64,000 nt of DNA from Gammaproteobacteria bacterium (lineage in GTDB: Bacteria; Pseudomonadota; Gammaproteobacteria; GCA-002705445; GCA-002716945): positions 224,001 to 288,000 of the forward strand of contig JAYQJW010000002.1 of the NCBI GenBank assembly GCA_038142325.1, given 5' to 3'. Both the position numbers and the translations under genes were made by a program. Of this stretch, positions 44,390 through 57,531 are shown piece by piece (the stretch's first letter is position 1; each line of letters opens with the position of its first letter). The notes under the pieces were generated by a model, which was given only the letters and a program-made list of their open reading frames with translations, ran no database searches and had not been told where the DNA came from.

Positions 44390-45936
44390 CAGTGTTTGAA
44401 GACTCTTGTACTAGTGAAACACATAGCTATTTTGTGTTTATTAGCAACATCAATAATTTTTTTATCATTCATGGACCCGCCAGGCTGAATTATAGCTGAT
44501 ACGCCAATCTTCTTTGCTAAATCAACATTATCTCTGAAAGGAAAAAAAGCCTCTGAAGCCATAATGGAACCTTTTAGCGAAATCTTTTCTTTTTTTGACT
44601 TGTTATAAGCAATATTTGTTGAATCAATTCTGCTCATTTGACCAGCACCTATAGCTAACGTTTTATTATTTTTTACAAATACAATCGAATTTGATTTTAC
44701 GTATCGTGAAACTTTAAATGCAAAAAGCATATCAGCTAGTTGTTGAGCAGTTGGTTTTTTCTTTGTAACAACTTTAAGGTTATTTTTTGATAATATCTTT
44801 TCATCCTTTTCTTGAATTAAAAGCTTATCTCTAAGTAATTTTGTTTCATAAATTTTATCTTTATTACTTTTCAGTTTAATTTGTAATAATCTAATATTTG
44901 GCTTTTTCTTAATAACGTCTAGTGATTTTTTGTCAAATGAGGGTGCAGCAATAACTTCTACAAACTGTCTGTTTATAATTTTTTCTACAAGTTTAGAAGA
45001 AACTTTTTTATTGAAAGTAATTATCCCTCCAAACGCAGAAGTTGGATCAGTTTTATATGCATAGTCATATGCTTTATCAAGAGTGCTTGTACATGCTACC
45101 CCACATGGGTTCGCATGTTTGACAATCACACACGAAGGTTCTCTGAATTGTTCAACGCATGAAAATGCACTTTCTGTATCAACTAAATTATTAAAGGATA
45201 ATGATTTACCAGATAGCTGACTATATTCAAATCTAGTAAGCATAGGAGTATTAACTTGATATAGTTTTGCTTTTTGATGAGGGTTTTCCCCATATCTTAG
45301 TTCAGATAGTTCACCAGCATTCAAAGAAAGGTTATCCTGTGATAATAAATCTAAATTCTTTGGTTCTTTTTTTAAATAAGAGGAAATCATTGAGTCATAT
45401 TTTGAAATTAAAGTGAATACTTTTGCAGCTAAGTAGCGTCTGGTTGATAGTTTTACTTTGCCATTGGTTTCAATTTCGTCAAGAATTTTTGAATAATCAG
45501 ATGGCTGAGTTAAAACTGTTACACGCTGATGATTTTTAGCAGATGCTCTCAACAAAGTTGGTCCACCAATATCAATATTCTCAATTGCATCGCTGAAAGA
45601 ACAATTTTTATTAGCAATGGTCTTCTCGAAAGGATATAAATTAACGACAACCATATCTATAAGAGAATATTTTGAGTCTTTTAAGTCTTTTAAGTCCTTT
45701 TCTGACTTAGCTAATATCCCTGCATGTATTGTAGGATGCAAAGTTTTGACACGACCTTCTAATATTTCTTCAAATTGCGTAAATTTTGATATTGGAATAA
45801 TATTTATACCTTTATCCTCAAGATATTTAGCTGTGCCACCTGTAGATATAATTGTGTAATCGTTTTTAACTAATTGTGAGGCAAATGAATCTATATCTGT
45901 TTTGTCAGATACACTTATAAGAGCAATTTTTTTCAT
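44389..45936 (-). CDS. purH: Bifunctional AICAR transformylase/IMP cyclohydrolase
   Basis: ALISVSDK, GRVKTLHP, ENIDIGGP, LRYGENPHQ, GAGQMSR. Confidence 0.97.
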   Translation of the reverse strand: MKKIALISVSDKTDIDSFASQLVKNDYTIISTGGTAKYLEDKGINIIPISKFTQFEEILEGRVKTLHPTIHAGILAKSEKDLKDLKDSKYSLIDMVVVNLYPFEKTIANKNCSFSDAIENIDIGGPTLLRASAKNHQRVTVLTQPSDYSKILDEIETNGKVKLSTRRYLAAKVFTLISKYDSMISSYLKKEPKNLDLLSQDNLSLNAGELSELRYGENPHQKAKLYQVNTPMLTRFEYSQLSGKSLSFNNLVDTESAFSCVEQFREPSCVIVKHANPCGVACTSTLDKAYDYAYKTDPTSAFGGIITFNKKVSSKLVEKIINRQFVEVIAAPSFDKKSLDVIKKKPNIRLLQIKLKSNKDKIYETKLLRDKLLIQEKDEKILSKNNLKVVTKKKPTAQQLADMLFAFKVSRYVKSNSIVFVKNNKTLAIGAGQMSRIDSTNIAYNKSKKEKISLKGSIMASEAFFPFRDNVDLAKKIGVSAIIQPGGSMNDKKIIDVANKHKIAMCFTSTRVFKH

Positions 45937-46202
45937 TTAATTTTTAGGTTGTACTCTTTTATACGCTTAATTAGTGTTCCACGACTAATTCCTAGAAAGT
46001 CTGCTGATTTGGTGACATTTCCATTACATGTTTCAAGGACGGTATCAATCAATGTTTTTTCTGTATCATTCAAAAATAGGCTGTGCATGTTAGATTTACT
46101 ACCGTTTCCATTCATATTCTTAATAAATGTTTTAACTTCTTTTTTTACCACGGAACTTAAGTTGCTGCTGGACAAATTTTTGACTATTCTATTTTTTTTC
46201 AT
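45933..46202 (-). CDS. fis: Fis-family DNA-binding protein
   Basis: GNVTKSADFLGISRGTL HTH; usual position upstream of purH. Confidence 0.82.
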   Translation of the reverse strand: MKKNRIVKNLSSSNLSSVVKKEVKTFIKNMNGNGSKSNMHSLFLNDTEKTLIDTVLETCNGNVTKSADFLGISRGTLIKRIKEYNLKIK

Positions 46203-46284
46203 CTTTGATTAAATATTGAAATTACCCCTGAATGAATAATATTACAATCAAAGCTCTTAACGATAAAGACTATTTAGTAAAAAA

Positions 46285-47631
46285 CTAATTATTTTTTATA
46301 TATTTGGTGAGAGTATTAATTGAATACTCTCCTTTTGAGAAGAAATCAGTACGAAGTAACTTTTTATGTAGCTCAATATTTGTCTTAACACCATTTATTA
46401 CTGTCTCGCTTAATGCCTGATACATTTTCTCTATGGCAAGCTCTCTTGTTTTTGCATAAGTAATTAATTTCGCTAACAAGGAATCATAGTAGGGTGGAAC
46501 TGAATAACCGCTATAAACATGAGTATCAATCCTTACGCCAGGGCCTCCAGGAGCATGAAAACTCTCTATTTTGCCTGGTGAGGGGATAAACGTTTTTGGA
46601 TCTTCAGCATTTATTCTACATTCAATCGCATGCCCCTTAAGAGTTATATCTTCTTGTTTAATACTTAATTTTTCTCCAGAAGCAACTCTGATTTGTTCAC
46701 TAATTAGATCAGTGTTTGTTACAAGTTCAGTTACTGGATGTTCGACTTGTATCCTAGTATTCATTTCTATAAAGCTAAATTGCCCATCTTGATATAGAAA
46801 TTCAAACGTGCCTGCTCCTGTATACCCTAGTTTGACACATGCTTCTGCACAAATAGCACCTATTTTATCAATCTCCTTACGCTCTATACCACATGCTTGA
46901 GTTTCTTCGATTATTTTTTGATTTCTTCTTTCCATTGAGCAATCTCTCTCACCAAAATGTACCGCATTACCATGCTCATCACTCATGATTTGTATTTCTA
47001 TGTGCCTAGGATTATCAAAATACTTTTCAAAGTAGAGATCACCGTTACCAAATGCATTTTTTGCTTCTGTTCTTACCAAATTCATACTGTTAGAAAGTTC
47101 TGATTTTTTTTCAACAATCATCATACCTCTTCCACCGCCACCATGTATTGCCTTAAGCATTATGGGATAACCAATTTCGTCAACTTTTTTGAGCATTTGT
47201 TTGTCTGGCTCAACAGGCAAGACGCCATCATATCCAGGAATACATGGTACTCCAAAGTCTTTCATAGTTTTCTTAGCCTTGATTTTGTCACCCATTTTAT
47301 TTAACACTTTACTTGAGGGACCTATAAACTTAAAACCATTAGTTTCGATAATTTCAGCAAACATTTCTGATTCAGATAGGAATCCATATCCAGGATGAAT
47401 AGCATCAGCATTAGTCAGTTCAGCAGCACTTATTATTGATGGCATGTTTAAATAACTTTCTTTAGGATTAGGCCCGCCTATACACACTGATTCATCAGCT
47501 AGTTTCACATGAGCAAGCTGTCTATCTGCTGTTGAATGAACAGCTACTGTTTTTATACCCAGGTTTTTACATGCTCTTAAAATCCTAAGAGCAATTTCTC
47601 CTCTATTTGCTATAAGTACTTTATTAATCAT
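46285..47631 (-). CDS. accC: Acetyl-CoA carboxylase, biotin carboxylase
   Basis: [37 protein letters not shown]. Confidence 0.97.
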   Translation of the reverse strand: MINKVLIANRGEIALRILRACKNLGIKTVAVHSTADRQLAHVKLADESVCIGGPNPKESYLNMPSIISAAELTNADAIHPGYGFLSESEMFAEIIETNGFKFIGPSSKVLNKMGDKIKAKKTMKDFGVPCIPGYDGVLPVEPDKQMLKKVDEIGYPIMLKAIHGGGGRGMMIVEKKSELSNSMNLVRTEAKNAFGNGDLYFEKYFDNPRHIEIQIMSDEHGNAVHFGERDCSMERRNQKIIEETQACGIERKEIDKIGAICAEACVKLGYTGAGTFEFLYQDGQFSFIEMNTRIQVEHPVTELVTNTDLISEQIRVASGEKLSIKQEDITLKGHAIECRINAEDPKTFIPSPGKIESFHAPGGPGVRIDTHVYSGYSVPPYYDSLLAKLITYAKTRELAIEKMYQALSETVINGVKTNIELHKKLLRTDFFSKGEYSINTLTKYIKNN

Positions 47632-48083
47632 TCGATGACAAATAGCGGTTGATCGAATTCGACAGGTTCAGCATTGTTTACAAGTATCTCTATAATTTTT
47701 CCATCACTTTCTGCTTGAACCTGATTCATCATTTTCATTGCTTCAAGAATACACAACGTATCACCTTTCTTTACTGTTTGTCCTATTGTTACAAATGGTT
47801 TTGATTCTGGAGAGGCTGACGCATAAAAAGTTCCTACCATAGGTGAATTCACAGTATTTCTATTTTCTGTTGGAGCACTTGGTTGCGTATCTGACTTTAC
47901 AGGTTGTTGAGCAGTAGCTTGAATTTGTGGTTGAGGTTGCTGAATAACTTGCTGTACAGGCATAGATGAAATCGATGTATTCCTAGATAATTTTATTGAC
48001 TCTTCACCTTCCTTAACTTCTATTTCAGCAATACCACTTTCTTCTAAAAGCTCCATAAGTTTTTTAATTTTTCTTAGATCCAT
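47628..48083 (-). CDS. accB: Biotin carboxyl carrier protein
   Basis: [24 protein letters not shown]. Confidence 0.97.
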   Translation of the reverse strand: MDLRKIKKLMELLEESGIAEIEVKEGEESIKLSRNTSISSMPVQQVIQQPQPQIQATAQQPVKSDTQPSAPTENRNTVNSPMVGTFYASASPESKPFVTIGQTVKKGDTLCILEAMKMMNQVQAESDGKIIEILVNNAEPVEFDQPLFVIE

Positions 48084-48085
48084 AA

Positions 48086-48517
48086 TTAACCTCTTTTGAT
48101 AATTGATAGCAATGCAAATTCATAACCGATGACACCAAATCCTGTGATTAGGCCTTGGCTAATATCTGACAAGAATGATTTTTTCCTGAATTCTTCTCTG
48201 CTGTAAATATTTGAAATATGAATTTCAATAAATGGAATATTTACGCCTAAGAAAGCATCTCTGAGGGCAATACTTGTGTGTGTAAAAGCACCAGGGTTTA
48301 TTATGATATAATTGATATTGTTCTTTGCAGCTTTGTGAAGTTGGTCAATCAAATCGGTTTCTGAATTGGATTGGTAAAAACTTATATTGATATTATTTTC
48401 TTTAGCTATACTCTGGAGTCTACCTTCAACATCTTTTAGTGTGTCAGTTCCATATACTTCAGGCTCTCTTGTTCCTAGTAGATTTAAATTTGGCCCATTT
48501 AATACAAGTATGTTCAT
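48086..48517 (-). CDS. aroQ: Type II 3-dehydroquinate dehydratase
   Basis: [39 protein letters not shown]. Confidence 0.97.
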   Translation of the reverse strand: MNILVLNGPNLNLLGTREPEVYGTDTLKDVEGRLQSIAKENNINISFYQSNSETDLIDQLHKAAKNNINYIIINPGAFTHTSIALRDAFLGVNIPFIEIHISNIYSREEFRKKSFLSDISQGLITGFGVIGYEFALLSIIKRG

Positions 48518-48578
48518 TTATGTGAATTTAATTGATTTTGGGTGATATTATACGAAATTTGGAGAAATTTGAAGTATT

Positions 48579-50333
48579 TTATGATTTTTTTAATAATCTA
48601 AGAACTTCAAGAAAATTTTCAGATTCCATAAAACCAACAACTCTTGCCGACTCTATCTCATTACCATTTTGATCATAGAACAACAGAGCAGGAGGACCGA
48701 AGATTTTCAAATTTTTTAGGTATTCAGAATGTTCTTCCGTAGTTTGAGTTATATCTAATTTGATAAGCTTGAATTCATTAAGAATATTACTCACCTTTTG
48801 GTTACTGAATGTATATTTTTCTAATTCTTTGCAAGCTACACACCAATCTGCGTATAAATCAACCATGATCAACTTATCACTGTTTGTAAGCTCTTTATTA
48901 AGATTTTCTATTGTTTTGACTTCAATAAATTTTACGCTTTGATTTTTTTGTATAAAACTTGTAATTGGGTCATAGTAAGTATTATTTTTAATCCCATAGA
49001 TCTGCATCAAGAAATAGAATAATGAAACAATCGAGAGAGTATATCCGATTGTTTTAGACAAAAAGCTTTTAAAAAGCTTATACGATTTAGATAAAACAAT
49101 AACAAATATGATTGCAGAGATGGACCAAAGGTATGCCGCTAATTCCATTGATACTATCCTTTCAAGAAGCCATACTGATACAAACACAAATAACATACCA
49201 AAAAAGTAATTAACTAATTCTAAGTAAGGACCTATTTTGGAAATCAGTTTTGTAGTACTAGAACCAAGAATAATCAATGGCGTTCCCATACCTAATCCTA
49301 GAAAAAATAGAGCAAGACCACCAACAAAGGCATCACCAGTTGCTGCTATATAAATAAGAGCTCCTATGAGTGGCGCTGTGACACATGGTCCAACTATGAG
49401 AGCTGATAAGACTCCCATCACAGCCACATCTTTAACACCTCCAGATTTCTGTTTATTGCTAATGTTTGTCATCAGTGTTTGAATTGATTTTGGCATTTGA
49501 ATGTCAAAAAATTTAAACATAGCAAGAGCAAAGATAAAAAATAACAAAGATATAAAGCCTAAGACATACGGGTTTTGTAAACTCGCTTGGATATTTGTCC
49601 CAGATGATGCCACAACTATTCCTGCTAGAGCATAAGTTAGCGACATGCTAATGACATATATAGATGAGAGAGTTATCGATCTTTTTTGACTAACGTTACC
49701 TTGTCCTGCAATGATACCTGTAAGGATTGGCACCATTGGTAACACACATGGGGTGAAAGCTAACAAAAGACCAGCCAAGTAAAAGATAAATATATTATAG
49801 ATTAATGAATTTATATTTAATGATTCACTGATTGCATTCTGGCTTTCAAAAAAAGATACTTTTTTTAGGTTGCTAGAAGCCAGCTTTTTTTTTACTTTGA
49901 TAGTTTTAAAAACTGGTGGATAACACAGCCCTGCATCAGCACATCCCTGATACTTAATTTTCAAATCTATGTAATCATTAACGTTATTCTCTAAATAGAC
50001 GTCTGCTTCTGTGGAATTATAATAAATATCAACTTCACCAAAAAATTCGTCAGTCTTTTTCTTACCATCAGGCATTTCTACTTTTTTTATTTTATTCTGC
50101 TGATCAAGCGATTCGAATTCAAACATACCCATATATAAGTAATAACCGGGATGTATGTTCCAATTTATGTTTACCTGTTTTTCATTAATCAATTCATATG
50201 AAACAACGAAGGCCTCATCCGGAGATAAAAATTCGGGTTGAGTTTTAGGTAAGTCAGACGCTAGAGCAGTATTTACTAAAAGCGCACTAAATAAGATTAT
50301 TATGTGATGAAATTTATTTTGCACGTACTTCAT
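48579..50333 (-). CDS. dsbD: Thiol:disulfide interchange protein
   Basis: QGCADAGLCYPP, FTPCVLPM, GPCVTAPL, WCVAC. Confidence 0.95.
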   Translation of the reverse strand: MKYVQNKFHHIIILFSALLVNTALASDLPKTQPEFLSPDEAFVVSYELINEKQVNINWNIHPGYYLYMGMFEFESLDQQNKIKKVEMPDGKKKTDEFFGEVDIYYNSTEADVYLENNVNDYIDLKIKYQGCADAGLCYPPVFKTIKVKKKLASSNLKKVSFFESQNAISESLNINSLIYNIFIFYLAGLLLAFTPCVLPMVPILTGIIAGQGNVSQKRSITLSSIYVISMSLTYALAGIVVASSGTNIQASLQNPYVLGFISLLFFIFALAMFKFFDIQMPKSIQTLMTNISNKQKSGGVKDVAVMGVLSALIVGPCVTAPLIGALIYIAATGDAFVGGLALFFLGLGMGTPLIILGSSTTKLISKIGPYLELVNYFFGMLFVFVSVWLLERIVSMELAAYLWSISAIIFVIVLSKSYKLFKSFLSKTIGYTLSIVSLFYFLMQIYGIKNNTYYDPITSFIQKNQSVKFIEVKTIENLNKELTNSDKLIMVDLYADWCVACKELEKYTFSNQKVSNILNEFKLIKLDITQTTEEHSEYLKNLKIFGPPALLFYDQNGNEIESARVVGFMESENFLEVLRLLKKS

Positions 50334-50640
50334 TTTTCAACCATCTAAGATATTTACTACTTCCATTTGATATTTCTATTGATATTATTTCAGGGGTCTT
50401 ATAGTTATGCAATTCTTCTATCACTCTCTCAACCTCACTAAATCTATCCGAGGTTGTTTTTGCGTGTATTAATACTTCTTCATCTTTAACTAATTTGTCG
50501 TCATAACAATACATGCTTAAGTTGGTTGGATACAGATTTACACATGCAGCCAACCTCTTTTTAATTAATGTTTCAGCAATTATCTCAGAAATATGTTTTT
50601 TATTTGTATGAGTTTGAACAATTATATACTCATTTGCCAT
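50314..50640 (-). CDS. cutA: Divalent-cation tolerance protein
   Basis: RLAACVN, HNYKTPEII, YLRWL; start moved to ATG 50640. Confidence 0.9.
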   Translation of the reverse strand: MANEYIIVQTHTNKKHISEIIAETLIKKRLAACVNLYPTNLSMYCYDDKLVKDEEVLIHAKTTSDRFSEVERVIEELHNYKTPEIISIEISNGSSKYLRWLKNEVRAK

Positions 50641-50651
50641 ATACTTTACCC

Positions 50652-51050
50652 ATGAAACTATCAAAATTTGCTCTATATTTACTCCCTGTAATTGAATTAA
50701 TCATGTTTATTGAAATAGGTTCAATAATTGGAAGTTTGTATGTCATATTATCAATTCTCATCACTGCATTTCTAGGTTACTACTTAATCAAACAAAAATT
50801 AAGAAACTTAGGCATTAGTCTCTTCAGCTTGAACAATTTGAATAATATTTACTCTGAATATGCTTCAAGCATGTATTCACTTCTAGGCGGTATTTTGCTT
50901 ATTATTCCAGGATATATAACTGACACTGCAGGACTAATTCTGATGCTTCCAGTATTTAGACCAAAACTATCCTCATTTTTTGAGTCAAAATACAATAAAA
51001 AAGGCAATAAAACCAACATAATTGACGGGGATTATCGAGATAGTGATTAG
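50652..51050 (+). CDS. fxsA: FxsA family membrane protein
   Basis: PVIELIMFIEIG, GGILLIIPGYITD, C-terminal IIDGDY; upstream of groES; start ATG 50652. Confidence 0.88.
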   Translation: MKLSKFALYLLPVIELIMFIEIGSIIGSLYVILSILITAFLGYYLIKQKLRNLGISLFSLNNLNNIYSEYASSMYSLLGGILLIIPGYITDTAGLILMLPVFRPKLSSFFESKYNKKGNKTNIIDGDYRDSD

Positions 51051-51065
51051 ATTATAAGATATTTC

Positions 51066-51091
51066 CTTGAAATTATTATCATAGTCCATAT
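51066..51091 (+). promoter_or_regulatory. Sigma32-like heat-shock promoter of groESL
   Basis: CTTGAA-N12-GTCCATAT versus consensus CTTGAA-N13/14-CCCCATNT (spacer slightly short). Confidence 0.55.
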
Positions 51092-51093
51092 CA

Positions 51094-51120
51094 TTAGCAG
51101 TCTAAGGGTTAGAGTGCTAA
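51094..51120 (+). promoter_or_regulatory. CIRCE element (HrcA operator)
   Basis: TTAGCAGTC-TAAGGGTTA-GAGTGCTAA matches TTAGCACTC-N9-GAGTGCTAA at 17/18 positions, 25 nt upstream of groES. Confidence 0.9.
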
Positions 51121-51145
51121 CTGCAAATTTAAGAGAGGTAAATAC

Positions 51146-51436
51146 ATGAATATAAGACCTTTGCATGATCGCGTGATCGTAAGAAGAAAAGAAGAAGAAA
51201 AAACATCTCCTGGAGGAATAGTAATCCCTGACAGTGCGACTGAAAAACCAGTAAAAGGTGAAATAGTGGCTGTTGGTAAGGGCAAAATTTTGGAAAACGG
51301 TGAAATTAGGCCTCTAGATGTAAAAGAAGGGGATCAAATTCTGTTCGGCAAATACTCAGGAACAGAGATAACCATAGACGGTGAAGAGATGTTGGTCATG
51401 CGTGAAGATGACATCACAGCGATTATAACTAATTAA
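51146..51436 (+). CDS. groES: Co-chaperonin GroES
   Basis: [33 protein letters not shown]. Confidence 0.98.
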   Translation: MNIRPLHDRVIVRRKEEEKTSPGGIVIPDSATEKPVKGEIVAVGKGKILENGEIRPLDVKEGDQILFGKYSGTEITIDGEEMLVMREDDITAIITN

Positions 51437-51448
51437 TTTCAGAGGTAA

Positions 51449-53121
<1,673 letters not shown>

Positions 53122-53150
53122 CTCCGTACTTAATCACTAAATCAAAAATT

Positions 53151-53182
53151 ACAAAGCCTCTTTTACAGAGGCTTTGTTTTTT
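53151..53182 (+). terminator. Rho-independent terminator after groEL
   Basis: ACAAAGCCTCT-TTTAC-AGAGGCTTTGT hairpin followed by a T-tract. Confidence 0.85.
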
Positions 53183-53219
53183 CCCATTTCTGTAATATTT
53201 AAATGCTACAATTAATTTA

Positions 53220-54869
53220 ATGAACAAAACTTGGTTGAAACAATACCCCAACAGTCTAGATGCAAACCTTGAAGAGTTAGATAATGATTCAATCACTGAT
53301 CTGCTAGATTCTGCATCTTACAAGTTTTCAAACAACATAGCTTTTTCATCCTTAAATACTGACTTAAGTTATAAAATGTTAAATCTTCTGTCAAAAAGAT
53401 TAGCAGCCTACATGCAATATCTAGGTATCAGTAAACACACCAGAGTTGCAATTATGCTACCAAACTTATTAACTTATCCAGTGTCATTATTCGCCACATA
53501 CTTTTGCGGAGGCACTGTCATCAACATAAACCCTTTATACAAAACTAGAGAAATTGAGCATGTGCTCAAAGACTCAGGTGCAGAATATATTTTTGTTTTA
53601 GATAAATTTTATAACGAGCTTGAACCATGTATAGATAATTCAAAACTCAAGGGTGTGATAGTTTGTAAAATAACAGATCTACTTAGTCCATTAATGAAAC
53701 TACTTGTATCTGGAGTTATGCTTTACAAAAGAGAGCGAATCAAAATTAAAAGAAAAAAAGGTATTATTTATTTTAGTGATATAGTTTCAAACAATTTTAG
53801 TTACACAGATGTCCAAACTGATTTAGATGACACAGCATTACTTCAATACACAGGCGGTACGACTGGTAAGTCAAAAGCTGCATTGTTAACACACAGAAAT
53901 CTACTATCAAACATTCAGCAAGTGCACAATTGGATTAAACCTCATATAACAGAAGGAAAAGAGATTATTATCACTGCATTGCCTTTGTATCATATATTTT
54001 CTTTCACTGTGAATTGTTTGACTTTCTTAAAAATTGGATCTGAGAATGTTCTAATTGCTAATCCGAGAGATTTAAAATCATTTCTAAAAGTTTTAGAGAA
54101 AAAGAAATTTACAGTCTTGACCGGTGTGAATACATTATTTAATCTATTAATGACTAGCAGTAGATTTAAAAAAATTAACTTTAATAACTTTAAAGTTACT
54201 GTCGGCGGAGGTATGGCAGTTCTTAGCGAGACTGCAAAAAAATGGAAAAAAATAACCGGAACTAATATTACACAAGGATATGGTCTTACAGAAACATCAC
54301 CTGTTGTAACGATTAATAAAATTGATGATTCATATAATGGCTCTATTGGAATTCCATTACAATCAACTGATGTAAAAATTATTGATGAAAACGGGAATAA
54401 GTTACAGGTTGGTCAAGAAGGAGAATTATGTGTTAAAGGACCACAGGTCATGTCAGGGTATCTAAATGATTCATCTAATAAGTCACAAAACTTTACATCA
54501 GATAATTATTTTAAAACTGGAGATATAGCTGTCATAAATACAGATGGATTTTTGAAAATAGTAGATAGGAAAAAAGATATGATAATATCTTCAGGATACA
54601 ATGTGTACCCTAATGAGGTTGAAGATTTTTTAGGTAGCCATGAAGATGTAATTGAAGCTGGCGTTATTGGAGTTAATGATAAAAATAGGGGCGAAGCTAT
54701 TAAAGCATTCATCGTTTCATCTAATAATAAACTTACCGCTCAAGAGATAATTAGTTATTGCAAAGCAGGATTAACAGAATATAAAGTTCCTAAATCTGTA
54801 GTTTTTCTAGATGAACTGCCAAAGACTAATGTAGGAAAAATTTTAAGAAGAGAACTAAGAAACTTATAG
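53220..54869 (+). CDS. fadD: Long-chain fatty acid-CoA ligase
   Basis: LQYTGGTTGKSK, LPLYHIF, QGYGLTETSP, FKTGDIA, LPKTNVGKILRR. Confidence 0.9.
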   Translation: MNKTWLKQYPNSLDANLEELDNDSITDLLDSASYKFSNNIAFSSLNTDLSYKMLNLLSKRLAAYMQYLGISKHTRVAIMLPNLLTYPVSLFATYFCGGTVININPLYKTREIEHVLKDSGAEYIFVLDKFYNELEPCIDNSKLKGVIVCKITDLLSPLMKLLVSGVMLYKRERIKIKRKKGIIYFSDIVSNNFSYTDVQTDLDDTALLQYTGGTTGKSKAALLTHRNLLSNIQQVHNWIKPHITEGKEIIITALPLYHIFSFTVNCLTFLKIGSENVLIANPRDLKSFLKVLEKKKFTVLTGVNTLFNLLMTSSRFKKINFNNFKVTVGGGMAVLSETAKKWKKITGTNITQGYGLTETSPVVTINKIDDSYNGSIGIPLQSTDVKIIDENGNKLQVGQEGELCVKGPQVMSGYLNDSSNKSQNFTSDNYFKTGDIAVINTDGFLKIVDRKKDMIISSGYNVYPNEVEDFLGSHEDVIEAGVIGVNDKNRGEAIKAFIVSSNNKLTAQEIISYCKAGLTEYKVPKSVVFLDELPKTNVGKILRRELRNL

Positions 54870-55913
54870 CTTCTTTTCAAATAACATCAAATGATCTACA
54901 ACGGGCTTTATACCGATGCTCTCATTGAGAGCATGATTATGATGGCTGGGAGTATAACAAAAAACTTTTTGTTTATCTTGAAGTTCAAGCTCATATAAAA
55001 AATCTGATCCATAAAATACTTTATCGATGACTTTTGCAGACTCTGTAGAATCATCGTCATGAATGATATCATCAGGCCTTAAAAGAAGATAAACGTCAGA
55101 ATCTTTTTCAAAATCTTGTGTATTTCCAAATATTGTACCTAATGATGTTTCTATATGATTAGCATCTATTATTTTTGCTTTGAGGTAACTTGTTATACCA
55201 AAGAAATTAGCAATTTCTCTAGATGTGGGTTTATGATAAATGTTATATGGTGTATCAAATTGTGAAATTTTTCCATCACTTAAGAAAGCTATTTTGTCGC
55301 ACATAGTGAAAGCCTCCTTTGGATTATGAGTTATTAGTATTGCCGTTGTTTTCTCATTCTTTAATGTATTTTTGATATCATTCATCAGTGTCTCTTTTAA
55401 CTCTTCGTCTAGGGCACTAAAAGGTTCATCAAGTAATAAAATAGATGGCTTCGGCGCTATTGCACGTGCTATAGCTACCCTTTGTTGTTGTCCTCCAGAA
55501 ATTTGATGTGGATATCTGTCTGCAATAGAGGAAATATTTAACATTTCTTCAAGCTTTGTGGATCTCATATTTTGGTTTTTTTTATTATCTTTGTGAAGAC
55601 CAAAACAGATATTCTCTCTTACAGTTAGATGTGGAAATAAAGCCAAGTCCTGAAAAATAACACCTATGTTTCTTTTATCAACATTAACGAAATTTTTATT
55701 ATCCTCTACCGTTATATCATCAATTTTAATTGTACCTGAAGAAATTCTATTAAACCCTGCAATTGATCGAATAAGAGACGTCTTCCCCGACGCACTTGAA
55801 CCCATCAAAGAAATTATTTCGCCATCATTTACTTTTAGATCTACACCAGATAGTACAACTTGACCATCAAATATAATTTTAACATCATCAAGCTGTAATT
55901 TATTTCTTGTCAT
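54864..55913 (-). CDS. fbpC: Fe(III) ABC transporter ATP-binding protein
   Basis: GSSASGKT, FQDLALFPHL, ISGGQQQRVA, LLLDEPFS; operonic with the Fe binding protein. Confidence 0.85.
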   Translation of the reverse strand: MTRNKLQLDDVKIIFDGQVVLSGVDLKVNDGEIISLMGSSASGKTSLIRSIAGFNRISSGTIKIDDITVEDNKNFVNVDKRNIGVIFQDLALFPHLTVRENICFGLHKDNKKNQNMRSTKLEEMLNISSIADRYPHQISGGQQQRVAIARAIAPKPSILLLDEPFSALDEELKETLMNDIKNTLKNEKTTAILITHNPKEAFTMCDKIAFLSDGKISQFDTPYNIYHKPTSREIANFFGITSYLKAKIIDANHIETSLGTIFGNTQDFEKDSDVYLLLRPDDIIHDDDSTESAKVIDKVFYGSDFLYELELQDKQKVFCYTPSHHNHALNESIGIKPVVDHLMLFEKKL

Positions 55914-57525
55914 ATTTTATTAAACCTTTCGTTAATATTATAACTGGTATAAGACAAATCAAGATTAAAAATAACCCCGGAACACCCATGTATAACAGAT
56001 TTTCAGATTCTGATAATTCGTAAAGATATGTTGGCAGTGTATTAAAATTAAATGGTCTCAGTATTAGAGTTACAGGCAATTCTTTAAGTATATCGACTAA
56101 AACTAAAATTCCTGCAGTATATATACTTGGCAATAATATTGGTAAATGGACCTTGAATAGGGTTTGTAATCTAGTCAAGCCAAATCCTAAGGATACTAAG
56201 TCATAGCTTTTAGAAATTTTATTTAAGCCTGAATCAAATGTTTTGAGAGAAATTGTTGAGAATCTTATAAGATAAGCAGTGATCAACAAAATGAATGTAC
56301 CAGTAAAAATAGATCCCGGTTCAAGATTAAAAATGGTAGGTAATGTATTCTCAAGAAAGCTTATCGGCCCTATAACAGCAACCGCTAAAACCACTCCTGG
56401 AATTGCATATCCTACTGAAAGAACTTTTGACATGCTAACATTAAATAAACTCTTTTTGCTTCTTGTTAAATAAGCAACATTTATTGTAAAGGTTATTATC
56501 ACCAATGATGCTACTAATGCTACTGAAATACTTGATGTGAAATAAGATTAAAAATAAAATTTATATCAACCTCATTCAACGAATAAGCTGCCCAATATAA
56601 CAACTGCATTACAGGTATTATAAATCCTAATAAAATAACTAAAGTACAAAATGAGCTAAAGGCATAACTAAATTTTTTATCTACTTTATCTTTTTCCATT
56701 GGACTGATTTTGGTAACAGGATTATTAAATTTCCTAGCCCCTCTTTGTATATTGCTCAAAATAAATTATCAAAAATACCAATATCAAAAGCATTGATGAT
56801 AAATAAAAAGAGCTGTTTTCGTCACCAAGTACATACCAAGACCTAAAGATACCAGTTGCAAAAGTTGCTACCCCAAAATATTTTACTGTAGCGTATTCCG
56901 CAAGAGTTTCCATTATGACAAAACTTACCCCTGCTATAATTGCTGGTCTGATTATGGGCAATCCAATTTTTTTAAGTTTTTCATACTCACTTAACCCCAT
57001 TGACTCCCCAATTTCAAAAATACTTTTGCTATGAGTAGCTAGGGCAGGTAGACATAACAGGTAAACATATGGATAGAGACTTATACTTAAAATAAATATT
57101 GCACCATAAATATTCTTAACGTCATACAGGTCATATATATAACGACCAGAGTTATAAAAAAAGTCAAAAAAGTTAAATAATAAACCTGAGGTTTCATTCA
57201 AACCGGCGTATATATATCCATTTACATACGCAGGTATTGCCATGGGTAGTATGACTAGCCATTTAAATACATTTACCCCTGGAAAACTATACATGCTGAT
57301 TATCCACGCAAGCGTTACCCCAATAAATATAGTGATTGCAGCAACAGAAATAACAATAATTAAAGAGTTTTTTACGTAGTCGAATAGAAGATAATTCTTT
57401 ATATGTATCCAAGTATCACTTGTTTCAGCAAATATATTTATAAAAACATAAAATATAGGCACAATAAAAATTACTAAGAATACAGTGAGTATTAAAAAAT
57501 TGAGTCGCTCTAGATATTGATACAA
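55900..57525 (-). CDS. fbpB: Fe(III) ABC transporter permease (two frameshifts near 56750 and 56540, probably errors)
   Basis: Three consecutive ORF pieces carry LPMAIPAYV, YPYVYL, METLAEY, GYAIPGVVLA and KELPVTLILRPFNFNTL. Confidence 0.85.
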
Positions 57526-57531
57526 GATTAT

